Source: an uncultured Fibrobacteria bacterium (GTDB taxonomy: Bacteria; Fibrobacterota; Fibrobacteria; UBA11236). From it: a stretch of DNA of 64,000 bases. The position numbers were made by a program, and so were the translations under genes. Positions 16,701-26,795 of this stretch are shown here, piece after piece. Every line of letters begins with the position of its first letter. Within the stretch, counting starts at the first letter, position 1. The notes below the pieces were generated by a model. That model saw nothing but the letters and a program-made list of their open reading frames with translations. It was not told the origin of the DNA and did not search any database. The stretch is from positions 1,184,001 through 1,248,000 of the forward strand of contig OY970309.1 of NCBI GenBank assembly GCA_963716395.1, in the 5' to 3' direction.

Positions 16701-17850
16701 CCCGGTATTCCAGCAAGACCTGGCGCAACGCCGTTTCGGGCACGGGCGTCAGCACCGTGGACCCATGGGACATCGGCTCGCCGATGGCGCGCAGCAGCAC
16801 AAAGGACAACTCGGCGTCGCGCTTCTTGTTGTCGCGGCGCACGGCCTGCAGAATCTGGCCCACGGAAATATCGGCGGGCAAGGCCGGCACGCCGCGGAGA
16901 CGGCCGAGAAGCAGCGATTGCTTTTTGTATTCGACGTCGGGAAAAATTCCCAGGGCATTGGCCAGACGTCCGGCGACGTTCATGCCGTGATACACCGCTT
17001 CGCCGTGCAACATGCGGCCTTGCGACAACGCCTCCACGGCATGGCCCACGGTATGTCCGTATTCGAGCACGAGCCCGAAGCCGCGTTCGCCGGGATCGCG
17101 CCGGGCGATGATGAATTTTTGTTCCAACGATCGGCGCAGCAGCCGCCGCAACGCGTCGGGTGCAAAAGGGTTGGCGGCTTCGGCATGCCGCAGCGCCTCT
17201 TCGAAATGCGCGCCGCCCAGCAGAATCGCGTTTTTGCAATACTCCACCCATGCCGCGCGCAATTGCCGAACCGGTTCCGTGGCGTAGAAGCGGGGATCGG
17301 CAAACGCCGCTTGCGGCGTGGCGAACAATCCCAACCGGTTTTTGCCGCCTTCGAAATTGATGCCCTGCTTATTCGAAACGATGACGTCGCTTTGCGCCAT
17401 CAAGGTGGTGGGCACATGCGCGAAACGCAGGCCGCGGTAGGCCAACGAAGCGGCCAGACCGCCGAGATTGAGCACCACGCCGCCGCCGAAATTCACCACC
17501 ACCGAAGACTTGGTGGCGCCGCGATCGAACAGCTCTTTGCAAACAAATTCCAGATTGGAAAGTTTTTTTTCGTTTTCGCCGGCAGGCAGACGAATGACTT
17601 CGGGGGCGAAAGCCCCGTGTAATAGTTGCAGCAGTTCACCGCCGTGTAATTCGAAAACGCGGTGGTCGGTGACGATGAAAACCTTGTCTGGAGCCAGTTC
17701 TTGCAGCAAAACCGGCAAGCCTTCGACCGCGCCGTCGCCGAAGTGAATCGGCATGTTACCGGCGAGGGGGGAAATCCAGGTTTCCACCGATAAGACAGCC
17801 ATTGCCTTGGCCTGGGCGCTTGGCGACGGCCCGGTTTGCATGCGCACCAT
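16687..17850 (-). CDS. Sugar phosphate cyclase, 2-deoxy-scyllo-inosose synthase (BtrC)-like
   Basis: GGGVVLN, PTTLMAQSD..SNKQGIN, EYCKN, LEYGHTVGHAVE, HGEA, DNK, TVLTPV. Confidence 0.75.
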   Translation of the reverse strand: MVRMQTGPSPSAQAKAMAVLSVETWISPLAGNMPIHFGDGAVEGLPVLLQELAPDKVFIVTDHRVFELHGGELLQLLHGAFAPEVIRLPAGENEKKLSNLEFVCKELFDRGATKSSVVVNFGGGVVLNLGGLAASLAYRGLRFAHVPTTLMAQSDVIVSNKQGINFEGGKNRLGLFATPQAAFADPRFYATEPVRQLRAAWVEYCKNAILLGGAHFEEALRHAEAANPFAPDALRRLLRRSLEQKFIIARRDPGERGFGLVLEYGHTVGHAVEALSQGRMLHGEAVYHGMNVAGRLANALGIFPDVEYKKQSLLLGRLRGVPALPADISVGQILQAVRRDNKKRDAELSFVLLRAIGEPMSHGSTVLTPVPETALRQVLLEYRDALL

Positions 17851-17959
17851 GAAGTCTTCCCACCTCTCCGAATAAACCAGCCAAAGGCCGATTGCTAGGT
17901 TAAAATACCCTGTACTTCGCGAATCGGCCCAGGAAAACCGGCCGGACGGACGCTAAATC

Positions 17960-19159
17960 TTGAAAAAGCCTCTCCTCACTTATTGCACCAATGTTCATGC
18001 CCTGGAAAGCCCCGAGGCCTGGCGGAAAAACATCGCCTTTTTCGCCCCCCGCATCGGCGAGCTGCTGCAGTGGCAGCCTTTGCCCATGGGCCTTTGGTTC
18101 AATGAACCCGTGCTGCAGGCCTTTGGGGACGAGGGTCTGGAAAGGTTAAAGGGCGAATTGGAAAAATGCGGCGCCTACACGTTCACCCTGAACGCTTTTC
18201 CCCAAGGCGCTTTCCATGATCCGGTGGTGAAACACAAAGTCTACCTGCCGGATTGGGCCGACCCGGCGCGGGCGCACCACACGCGTCAATGCGCCGAGGT
18301 GCTTTGCGCGTTACTGCCGGAAGAAGGGTTCGGGTCGATTTCGACCTTGCCTCTGGGATGGCGCACAGGCTGGACGCCGGAGAAAAACCGCTTGGCCGCC
18401 GCCGCGCTGATCGACACCGCGCGCTTCTTCCGGCAGCTTCGCGATCGCACCGGCAAAACCGTAGCCCTGGCGCTCGAACCCGAACCCGGCTGCGCTTTGG
18501 AAAAGACCCCGCAAGTGGTGGACTTCTGGCAAAACACCTTGCGGCCCGCGGCGGCGGCGGCCGGTTGCGCCGAAGCGGTCGAAACCCATTTGGGTCTTTG
18601 TTATGACACCTGCCATCAGGCCGTGCAATTCGAAGAACCGGAAGCGGCCTTGGAAGCGTTGCGCGCGGCGAATATTCCCGTACACAAGATGCAGCTATCC
18701 AGTGCCTTGGAGTTTCCCGCTGAATCCGAAAACGGCGAAGTGCGGTTCGCTGCCATGCGGTCGCGGTCGCTGCGGACCCAATTCGTCGAGCCGCGCTTTT
18801 TGCACCAGACCCGCGTGCGCACCGACGAGGCGGTGCTGGCCTTCGACGACTTGCCCGAAGCCCTGGCCGCGTCGCCGGATTTGTTCGCCTTTCCATGGCG
18901 GGTGCATTTTCACGCGCCCATTCACGCCGAGACCTTGCTCGATCCCGCCGCCGTGCGCACCACGCGCGACGACATGCTGCGCGCGCTGCGCTTCGCATTG
19001 AAGCACGGGATGTGTTCGCATTTCGAAGTGGAAACCTACACCTGGAGCGTTTTGCCCGCGTCGCATCGCCCGGCCGGTGACGAAGCCTTGGCGCAATGCC
19101 TGGCCCAGGAACTGAACTTCGTGCTCAAGCAGGTGCCGGGGGTATTCGGACATGGCTGA
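17960..19159 (+). CDS. eboE: Metabolite traffic protein EboE
   Basis: LTYCTNVH, TLNAFPQGAFH..VK..VY.PDW, LEPEPGC, YDTCHQAV.FE, WRVHFH.P, EVETYTW. Confidence 0.9.
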   Translation: MKKPLLTYCTNVHALESPEAWRKNIAFFAPRIGELLQWQPLPMGLWFNEPVLQAFGDEGLERLKGELEKCGAYTFTLNAFPQGAFHDPVVKHKVYLPDWADPARAHHTRQCAEVLCALLPEEGFGSISTLPLGWRTGWTPEKNRLAAAALIDTARFFRQLRDRTGKTVALALEPEPGCALEKTPQVVDFWQNTLRPAAAAAGCAEAVETHLGLCYDTCHQAVQFEEPEAALEALRAANIPVHKMQLSSALEFPAESENGEVRFAAMRSRSLRTQFVEPRFLHQTRVRTDEAVLAFDDLPEALAASPDLFAFPWRVHFHAPIHAETLLDPAAVRTTRDDMLRALRFALKHGMCSHFEVETYTWSVLPASHRPAGDEALAQCLAQELNFVLKQVPGVFGHG

Positions 19160-20546
19160 ACTTCGCCCCACGGCGGTCATCAACGTGGTGGGCCTGACGC
19201 CGGATTTGATCGGCGCGCATACGCCCAAGCTCCGGGGCTTTCGCGACGCCCAGGCGCTGACGCGTCTGGAAGAGCCCTTTCCCGCCGTGACCTGCACCAG
19301 CCAAGCCGCCCAGCTCACGGGTTTGCCGCCGTCGGGGCATGGGATCGTGGGCAATGGCTGGTACTTTCGCGATCAGGCCGAAGTCGGGTTTTGGAAGCAA
19401 AGCAACGCCTTGATGCAGGGCGAGAAGGTGTATGAAACCCTGAAGCGCCGGCATGCCGATTTCACCTGCGCCAAATTGTTCTGGTGGTACAACATGTACG
19501 CCGCCGTCGATTGGTCGGTTACGCCGCGGCCGCATTACCCGGCCGACGGGCGCAAGGTGTTCGACGTCTATACCCATCCGCACGATTTGCATGATCCCTT
19601 GGTGCGCGACCTGGGGCCGTTTCCCTTTCCGGCCTTTTGGGGTCCGGCCGCGGGCATCGCCTCGTCGGAATGGATTGCGGCCTGCGCGCGTTGGGTGCAG
19701 GAACAAAAACATCCCACGCTTGCTTTGGTGTATTTGCCGCATCTCGATTACGGCTTGCAGAAATTCGGGCCGGGCGCGCCGGAAATTCCCGCCGAACTGC
19801 GGCGTATCGACGCCGTGGCCGGAGACCTGATTGAATTCTATCAGCGGCAAGGCGTGCGGGTCTTGGTGGCGTCGGAGTACGGCATCACGCGCGTGACCCG
19901 GCACACGCACCCCAACCGCATTTTGCGTCAAGCCGGCCTGCTGGAAACGCGGCCCAGCCTGAATTGGGAAATGCTCGACGCCGGCGCCAGCCGCGCTTTC
20001 GCGGTTTCGGATCACCAGATCTGCCACCTCTATCTGAACGATCCCGCCTGCCGGGATCGGGTGATCGCCTTGTTCGAAAAAATCCCGGGTCAGCGTAAAA
20101 TCCTTTTTGGGGCGGAACGTGCGCGTTACGGTTTGGATCATGCGCGGGCCGGCGACGTGGTGCTCATGGCCGAGCCCGATCATTGGTACACCTATTATTT
20201 CTGGGAAGACGAAGCCCGGGCGCCGGATTTCGCGCGCTGCATCGACATCCACCGCAAGCCGGGCTATGATCCGGCGGAATTGTTCTTCGACCCGAAAATC
20301 CCCCTGGTCAAGGCCAGGGCCGGGTTGGCCTTGCTCAAGAAGAAACTCGGCTTCCGCTATTATATGGACGTGATTCCGCTCGACGCCTCGCTGATCAAGG
20401 GATCGCATGGCACGCCCGCCGATGATCCCGACGGCAAGCCGCTGCTGATGGGCGACCCGGCCGTGATCGGAACCCGCTCCCTGCGGCCCATGACCGACCT
20501 GCGCGACGTCATTTTGGCCGCCGTCGAGGGAGAGCAAACCGTTTAA
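19152..20546 (+). CDS. eboF: EboF-like alkaline phosphatase / nucleotide pyrophosphatase family protein
   Basis: VINVVGLTP, FPAVTC..Q, HGIVGNGWY, YLPHLDY, DIHRKPGYDP.ELF, KGSHG. Confidence 0.88.
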   Translation: MAELRPTAVINVVGLTPDLIGAHTPKLRGFRDAQALTRLEEPFPAVTCTSQAAQLTGLPPSGHGIVGNGWYFRDQAEVGFWKQSNALMQGEKVYETLKRRHADFTCAKLFWWYNMYAAVDWSVTPRPHYPADGRKVFDVYTHPHDLHDPLVRDLGPFPFPAFWGPAAGIASSEWIAACARWVQEQKHPTLALVYLPHLDYGLQKFGPGAPEIPAELRRIDAVAGDLIEFYQRQGVRVLVASEYGITRVTRHTHPNRILRQAGLLETRPSLNWEMLDAGASRAFAVSDHQICHLYLNDPACRDRVIALFEKIPGQRKILFGAERARYGLDHARAGDVVLMAEPDHWYTYYFWEDEARAPDFARCIDIHRKPGYDPAELFFDPKIPLVKARAGLALLKKKLGFRYYMDVIPLDASLIKGSHGTPADDPDGKPLLMGDPAVIGTRSLRPMTDLRDVILAAVEGEQTV

Positions 20547-20578
20547 ATGCAGCCGTCCAGCCGGACGTAACCATCAGG

Positions 20579-22324
20579 TTACGGAACCGGCTTCAGGTTC
20601 CACATCCGGCCGTCGACGCCGGCGGCGCGGAGCGCGCCCGAAACCTGGAAACGCGCCGGAAGCCCCAGCAATTCCCCGGCGGGAGAAAGGCGTGGCGCTT
20701 CCGCATCCGATAGATGCACCGACCAACGTAGGCCGAGAGAGCCCGCCGTTTGCAACGCGAACAGGCGCGCCGAATATGGCGGAAGGTCATAGGTGAATTG
20801 GTTTTGGGTCACCGCGGCTACGGCCGTGGTTTCGGCCACCACGGCGCTGGTGGAGTCGAAGCCGAACACGCGGCCCTGGGTGATGCCCACGGGCGATGTA
20901 ACGGCAAAGCTGCCGTGCACCACGCTTTGGCTTTTATTGAGCGCCAGAATGTGGATCACATTGCCGCCGGCGTCGAATCCCGCATACACCGAAGTCGAAT
21001 CTTGGTTTGAAGTAACGGCCTGGGCGCTCAGGCTGCCGAAATTCGCTTTTTGCCCGTCGTAATTGCGAAAAATCCGGATGGCGGCATTGGGATATTTTCC
21101 GTTGGACTGCGGCCAGTAACAGGCGGCGTACACGCCCATGCGGCCGGCGATTCCGAGAAAGTCGGCCATGGCCAAACCTCCGGAAACATGGCCGGGTGCG
21201 CCGTAATTGTATTCCGAAATCGAAACCTTGGTGCCGGGAAAGTATTGATCGATGGAGGCGAAAATGTGAGGCAGCAAATCGATGGGGCCGGGTGCGCCGC
21301 CGGGTTTGGTGGTGAGATCCTGCGTGATCCAACTGGTCTCGACGTAGGTGCTGTCCCACAGCGAACGCGGAGCCTGCAAGCGCGCGGCCACGTCTTGGGG
21401 CGTGATGCTGTCGGTGGTGATGCGGTTGATTCCCGTAGCTTCGGGATACCAATGAAGGTCGAGATCATCCAGCAGCCGCATACCGGCCGCGGCGGAAGCC
21501 TTGCTCATCTGATCCAGAAAATAGTCGAGGTACCAGCCGTAATTTCCCTGCTTCTGCAAAGCGCTCCAATCCGGCGCGTTTTGCGCGTTCTGGTAGGCGT
21601 TATAGCCGTAAAACACGCCGCCGAAGATCTGGGCCGAGGCATCCACCTGCTTCACGGCCCGTGCTAAGGCGGCGTTCTTTTCCGCCACTTCGGCGGCGCC
21701 CGTTTGCTTGGGATGGATGCGCGGATGGGTCGACGGCCAAAGGGTCGGTTCATTATCGATGTCATAGGCCCATACTCCGCCCGTTCCCGAAGTGGGTCCG
21801 TATTTCTGCATGAGAAAATTCACGAACTCATCCATATATACGGCCGTATCCGAGGTATCGGGCGTCGTGGCAAAAGCGCTTCCCTTTTGGAACACCACGG
21901 TTTTCCAGCGCGGCGAAGGCGCGGTTTCGGCCGTCGACACCACCCCATTTTTGTCGGCCGCCACGTATCCGGCAGCCTGAACCGTGACCAGTGACTTTAT
22001 GCCGGCGGCGTTGTCCTGGTCCACGAAATCGGTGACCACCTTGCCCGGTGTAAGCCCGCCGCCGAGATAATTATCGCTTTCGTTCAGGTAATCGGTGCCG
22101 GCGTTCGAGGCGTTGTTCTCCCAATTGTATCCGGTCAGGCGGTTGCCGCCCAAGCGGTCCAGCGTGACGCCGTCGGCGGCGGTGATGGAATCGCCGTTTA
22201 CTCCATAGATATAGAGACTGATGGGCCGCACGGCAGTCGTCACATCCACGCTGAATTGCACATTGAGGGGTGTCGCCGCGGCGGCGGCAGCGAGGCAGCC
22301 GCAACAAAGGCGCATGAGAACCAT
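20579..22324 (-). CDS. Glycoside hydrolase family 44 endoglucanase/xyloglucanase, secreted
   Basis: RLGGNRLTGYNWENNASNAG.D, DNEP, HWYPE, RSLWD, ISEYNYG; signal peptide. Confidence 0.92.
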   Translation of the reverse strand: MVLMRLCCGCLAAAAAATPLNVQFSVDVTTAVRPISLYIYGVNGDSITAADGVTLDRLGGNRLTGYNWENNASNAGTDYLNESDNYLGGGLTPGKVVTDFVDQDNAAGIKSLVTVQAAGYVAADKNGVVSTAETAPSPRWKTVVFQKGSAFATTPDTSDTAVYMDEFVNFLMQKYGPTSGTGGVWAYDIDNEPTLWPSTHPRIHPKQTGAAEVAEKNAALARAVKQVDASAQIFGGVFYGYNAYQNAQNAPDWSALQKQGNYGWYLDYFLDQMSKASAAAGMRLLDDLDLHWYPEATGINRITTDSITPQDVAARLQAPRSLWDSTYVETSWITQDLTTKPGGAPGPIDLLPHIFASIDQYFPGTKVSISEYNYGAPGHVSGGLAMADFLGIAGRMGVYAACYWPQSNGKYPNAAIRIFRNYDGQKANFGSLSAQAVTSNQDSTSVYAGFDAGGNVIHILALNKSQSVVHGSFAVTSPVGITQGRVFGFDSTSAVVAETTAVAAVTQNQFTYDLPPYSARLFALQTAGSLGLRWSVHLSDAEAPRLSPAGELLGLPARFQVSGALRAAGVDGRMWNLKPVP

Positions 22325-22426
22325 AGGAACCTCCGGCAAGGGCGATCCCAATTCTATTTCAAAGTCGCCTCGCGTGCACTCGATTCACCGAAATCGCGGT
22401 CAGGTGCCGAAATTCGCGCCGGAAAT

Positions 22427-23269
22427 TTATTCCGGTTCTTCTCCGGCCAGACGTCGAAGTTTGGATTCGTCAAAAATCGTCAAGTCGCCGTGGAGATCTG
22501 TCAGCAATTCCGCCCTTTCCCACCGGGCCAGGTAGCGTGAGACGGTTTCGCGCGTGGTTCCCGCCAGGGCGGCGATGCGGACTTGCGTGGGCCGGCGCCG
22601 CAGCAGCAAACATGCCCGTCCGGCCGCGTCTTTCCGGCGCACACCGCGGTCTTCGACCAGGGCCAGAATTGCGCTGGCCACACGCCGCGGCGCGGGTTGT
22701 TTGCAAATACCCGCGATGCGGCGCTGGCATTGGCGCATGCGCCGCGCCATTTCGGCGAGAAAATCCAGCGCCAAGTCCGGGTGCGCCCGCAGCGCGGTCA
22801 GCAGCGTATCGCGGTGCAAGATCAAAATCCGCACCGGCGTAAGGGCGCGCACGGTGGCGGGCTGCGACTCCCGATCAAACAGGGCCATGGCTCCGGCCAT
22901 ATCGCCGGGCCGCAGGGAATACAAAAGCGATTGCCCTCCCACTCCGTCTTCCCGGATCAAGGCGGCTTCGCCTTCGAGAAGCACGAAGAGATGGGAAATC
23001 TCGTCATCCCGTTGATGCAGCAGCGTTTCGTGGCGCGCGTAGCACCGCTCGCGCGCCCATACGGAAAGCCGGGCCAACTCTTCGTCTCCCAGGCGCGAAA
23101 ACAAATCGAGTGCGCGCATGCTTGCAAACAGCGGGACGCGCGCTACCGTTGCGGACACAGGGGCGCGCCGCAGCGGCGCGGGCTCGATGGCGGCGGTTTG
23201 CCAGGGCCGGCCATCGGCCGCGGGGGAATGGATGGCCAGGGAGTTTCGGGAGTAAGCGGAGTGGAGCAT
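22427..23269 (-). CDS. Crp/Fnr family transcriptional regulator
   Basis: cNMP-fold region plus HTH IAALAGTTRETVSR; GAGGA RBS before ATG 23269. Confidence 0.88.
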   Translation of the reverse strand: MLHSAYSRNSLAIHSPAADGRPWQTAAIEPAPLRRAPVSATVARVPLFASMRALDLFSRLGDEELARLSVWARERCYARHETLLHQRDDEISHLFVLLEGEAALIREDGVGGQSLLYSLRPGDMAGAMALFDRESQPATVRALTPVRILILHRDTLLTALRAHPDLALDFLAEMARRMRQCQRRIAGICKQPAPRRVASAILALVEDRGVRRKDAAGRACLLLRRRPTQVRIAALAGTTRETVSRYLARWERAELLTDLHGDLTIFDESKLRRLAGEEPE

Positions 23270-23373
23270 GGGGTCCTCGTCTTCGGTTCGTATTCTCGGC
23301 AACACGCCGTTTGCCGCTTCGACGGAAAGCCCGAAACTCATTGTAACGGGACAACCTGCCGAACAGAATTTTC

Positions 23374-23439
23374 GGTGACGCAGATCACCGGAATTCGCGC
23401 ACCGGAGACAACTCCGATGGGTTGGTGACGAAAATCACA
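23374..23439. promoter_or_regulatory. Two CRP-like boxes upstream of the Crp gene
   Basis: GGTGA-CGCAGA-TCACC (23374-23389) and GGTGA-CGAAAA-TCACA (23424-23439). Confidence 0.6.
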
Positions 23440-23447
23440 GACAGAGA

Positions 23448-24761
23448 CTATTTGCCGATGCAGAAACCCGCGAACAGCCGCTGCAGCACGGCCTCGGGCG
23501 TCACGTCGCCGAGTAATTCGCGCACAGCCCGACCGGCTTCGCGCACCTCGAAGGCCACGATTTCCACCGCGGGATGCGTGGCCAGATTTTCTTCGGCCGC
23601 GCGCAGCCGATCGCAGGCCGCCCCCAGCGCCTGGGCTTGACGCTCGGTGGCCAACAGGACGTCTTCGCCGTCCGCGACCGGCGGAAACAAATGGATTTCC
23701 ACCGCGTGCAACAATTCCCGCAAACCCGCGCCCGTATGTGCCGATACCACCATGAAATCCGGCGGCGCGGCAAATCCGGGTCGGTCGCATTGGGCGGCCA
23801 CCTTGAGCTGGGCCTGATCGGCTTCGGCGCATTCGATGGGTGCGGCGCCGTCGACGACGTAAATCCGCAACTCGGCCTGCGCTAACTGGGCGCGCGTGCG
23901 ATCCATGGCCTGTGCGTCGAGCGCGTCGATGGGGCGGCCCAAACCGGCCGTGTCGATCAGATGCAGAACTCCGCTTTCCACCCGCAGCGGAACTTCGACG
24001 AAATCCCGCGTGGTGCCGGCGGCCTCGGAGACCAGCAAGCGATCCTGCGCCGCCAGCGCGTTGATTAAACTGGATTTGCCGGCATTAGGCGCTCCATACA
24101 CCACGGCGCGGGGCACGCGGCGCCAAGCGCGGCTGCGTTCGCAGCCCTGCAACAGACTTTCCATTTCGGCGCGCAAGGCGCCCAGGCGCGGACGCCACGA
24201 GGCGTAATCGGGATCGGCTTCTTCTTCGGCGAAGTCGGCGTCGAGTTCCAGCCGCGCCGACAGATCGACGAGAGCATCGCGCAGGGTGCGGAAGCGCCAC
24301 GACAACTCCCCTTGCAGCAGGCGCTGGGCATTGCGCAGGGCCGCACGGTTCTGGGCATGCACCATTTCGCCCACGGCTTCGGCCTGCACCAAATCGATTT
24401 TCCCGTTTTCCAAGGCCCGGCGCGTGAACTCCCCGGGTTCGGCCAGGCGCACGTCGGGAACGCCGCACAAGACGCGCAGCAGACTTTCAACCAGCAGCGG
24501 ATTGCCGTGGCAAAAAATTTCCAGTACGTCTTCGCCCGTGGGCGAACGCGGTCCGGGCAAAAGGTGAAAGGTCACCTGATCGAGTATTTCGCCGCGCTGG
24601 GGATCGCAAAACGTCGCCGTATGCAGATGGCGGGGGCGCCAGGTCTTGCGTCCCAAGCAGCGCTGCACGGCTGCGGAGCAGGAGGGCCCCGAAAGCCGCA
24701 GCACGGCCAGACCCGATATTCCGGCGGGCGTGGCGGCGGACGCGATGGTGTCGCCCGTCAT
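23448..24761 (-). CDS. mnmE: tRNA modification GTPase MnmE
   Basis: TGEDVLEIFCHG, AEPGEFTRRA, GAPNAGKSS, GTTRD, DTAG, C-terminal FCIGK. Confidence 0.95.
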   Translation of the reverse strand: MTGDTIASAATPAGISGLAVLRLSGPSCSAAVQRCLGRKTWRPRHLHTATFCDPQRGEILDQVTFHLLPGPRSPTGEDVLEIFCHGNPLLVESLLRVLCGVPDVRLAEPGEFTRRALENGKIDLVQAEAVGEMVHAQNRAALRNAQRLLQGELSWRFRTLRDALVDLSARLELDADFAEEEADPDYASWRPRLGALRAEMESLLQGCERSRAWRRVPRAVVYGAPNAGKSSLINALAAQDRLLVSEAAGTTRDFVEVPLRVESGVLHLIDTAGLGRPIDALDAQAMDRTRAQLAQAELRIYVVDGAAPIECAEADQAQLKVAAQCDRPGFAAPPDFMVVSAHTGAGLRELLHAVEIHLFPPVADGEDVLLATERQAQALGAACDRLRAAEENLATHPAVEIVAFEVREAGRAVRELLGDVTPEAVLQRLFAGFCIGK

Positions 24762-24772
24762 ACCCGGGAGTA

Positions 24773-26539
24773 TCAAACCTTGGCGGACGTGCGGCGGGGC
24801 GGGCCGTTGGTGACGGTCGCCAACAAAGGTTTGGGTTTGAAGATCCGGGTTTGCATCAGGGTGAACAGATTCGACACCGTCCAGTACACCACCAAACCCG
24901 AGGGAAAAGAACACGAGAACACGAACATCATGATGGGCATGAGCCAGACCATGGCTTTCTGGTTCGGATCGGTGATGGTCAATTTCATCTGCGCCCACAT
25001 CGAAGCCGCCATGAAAAACGGCAGCACCGTCACGCCCAGGGGAAACAGAAACGGCACCTGAACCGCGGGCAAAATCACGTCGGGCCGAGCCAAATCGTGA
25101 ATCCAGCCGAAGAAGGGCGCATCGCGCAATTCCACCGCCCGCCCCAGCACGTTGAACAGGGCCAGAAATACGGGCATCTGCAGCATGGCCGGCAAACACC
25201 CCATGGCCGGCGCCAACGGGTTGATACCCTGCTTCTGGTAATACGCCATCAATTCGGCTTGCGACTTTTGCCGATCGCCTTTGTATTTCTCCTGGATTTT
25301 TTTGATCTCGGGTTGATGCTGCGCCATGCGCCCTGTCGAACGAATTTGGGTCACCGACAGCGGCATGGTGATCAGGCGTACCAGCAAGGTGAGCAAAATG
25401 ATGGCGATGCCGTAATTCGGGATCCAGCGGTAAAAGAGATTCAGCAGGTTGAGCACCAAGCCGCACAATTTGGGGTACCACACGTCGGCGCGAAAAAACC
25501 ATTCATAGCCCGAGAACAGAATCTGTTCGTAATTGCGCCCCATGGCTTTCATTTTTCCGTATTGCAAGGGCAACACCATCACGTCGAAATTCAACCCTTC
25601 GGGGTCATCGCCATGGCCCGACACGCGCAGCGAATAGTGCCGCGGAGCGCCGCGCGCCAAATCCGGTTCGTCCCAGGACGCCGCATCGATGCGATCCGGT
25701 ATCTCTTTGTGGAAATCGAGCAGCACGGCCACGTATTTGCGGCGCATACCCACCCAACGGATGATGCCGCTTTCGGCATTAAAGGTTTTTTCACCGGAGC
25801 CCGACCAGCGCTGCACGGTAACGCCGTTGTCGTACACCACCTGGCTGTAGAATCCCGACGTCAGACCCACACCTCTTCCCTGGGCGATCTTTTCGGTTTC
25901 CTCCAGGCCGCCTTTCCAGTTCAAGGCGTAGTTGGAAATTCCCGAGGGCAGAATCACCTGATGGCCGATGGCCGGCCGGTTGGGGTAGAAGGTATAGCGG
26001 CACGTGACTTTGCCCTGAGGCACAACGGTTGCGAATGAAATCGTGACCGAATCGCTATCGACATGCACCACGCGATCGGTATCGTCGACCCGCCAGATGG
26101 TTTTGGCCAGCGACTCGCTGTCGAGCGTGAGCGTCAGCGCGCCCGGCCCATCGGGCTCGATGAGATCAGGATTGTAAACCGGCTTGCCTTCCAGACTGGA
26201 AATGCTCAGTTCCGCAATGCGGGCCCCTTGGTTGTCGAGCACTGCGGTGAAACGCGGCGTTTCCACGCGTATCAGGCGATGCGGCACCGCGGTGCTGTCC
26301 GTCACCGGGGCGGCCGAAGCCGGGGTTAAGGAAGAAGTGGCCGAAGCCGGGGCCGGAGCGGCGACCGCGGCGGACTCCGGCTGGGGCTGGGGAGCGCGCG
26401 CGCGGGCTTGGGCCAAGGAATCAGATTTTTGCTGCTGCGAATGCTCCAGCTGTTTACGGGCCTGATCGCCTTTGAACTTGGTCCATGCCAGGAACAAGGT
26501 CATGAGCAGAATCCAGCCCAGTATGGTATTGCGGTTCAC
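24773..26539 (-). CDS. yidC: Membrane protein insertase YidC
   Basis: NYGIAIILLT, GCLPAMLQMPV, WIHDL..PD, SGLVVYW; conserved gene order. Confidence 0.95.
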   Translation of the reverse strand: MNRNTILGWILLMTLFLAWTKFKGDQARKQLEHSQQQKSDSLAQARARAPQPQPESAAVAAPAPASATSSLTPASAAPVTDSTAVPHRLIRVETPRFTAVLDNQGARIAELSISSLEGKPVYNPDLIEPDGPGALTLTLDSESLAKTIWRVDDTDRVVHVDSDSVTISFATVVPQGKVTCRYTFYPNRPAIGHQVILPSGISNYALNWKGGLEETEKIAQGRGVGLTSGFYSQVVYDNGVTVQRWSGSGEKTFNAESGIIRWVGMRRKYVAVLLDFHKEIPDRIDAASWDEPDLARGAPRHYSLRVSGHGDDPEGLNFDVMVLPLQYGKMKAMGRNYEQILFSGYEWFFRADVWYPKLCGLVLNLLNLFYRWIPNYGIAIILLTLLVRLITMPLSVTQIRSTGRMAQHQPEIKKIQEKYKGDRQKSQAELMAYYQKQGINPLAPAMGCLPAMLQMPVFLALFNVLGRAVELRDAPFFGWIHDLARPDVILPAVQVPFLFPLGVTVLPFFMAASMWAQMKLTITDPNQKAMVWLMPIMMFVFSCSFPSGLVVYWTVSNLFTLMQTRIFKPKPLLATVTNGPPRRTSAKV

Positions 26540-26549
26540 ATGAACCTCC

Positions 26550-26795
26550 TCACACGAACCTGTTTAGCGTCGAAGGCGGCGCGGCGGGCGGCACGGGATC
26601 AAAACCGCCGCGGCAAAACGGGTGGCAACGCAACAAACGTCGGCATGCCAGCCAAAGTCCCTTGGCGGCGCCATGGGTTTCCACCGCCTCGGCGGCGTAG
26701 TGCGAACATGTCGGGTGAAAGCGGCAGGCGCCCTGAAAAAAAGCCGGATGCACAGCCTGATAGATTCGGATCAGCAATAAGGCCAGCCGGTTCAT
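26550..26795 (-). CDS. yidD: Membrane protein insertion efficiency factor YidD
   Basis: CRFHPTCSHY, RLLRCHPF..GGFDPVP. Confidence 0.93.
   Translation of the reverse strand: MNRLALLLIRIYQAVHPAFFQGACRFHPTCSHYAAEAVETHGAAKGLWLACRRLLRCHPFCRGGFDPVPPAAPPSTLNRFV

Noticed and set aside
16687-17850. Labelling the cyclase aroB or eboD
   Set aside because: It has GGGVVLN, KQxxN and EYGH in place of AroB's GGGVxGD, KTxxN and NxGH, and lacks EboD's DFGHW motif.
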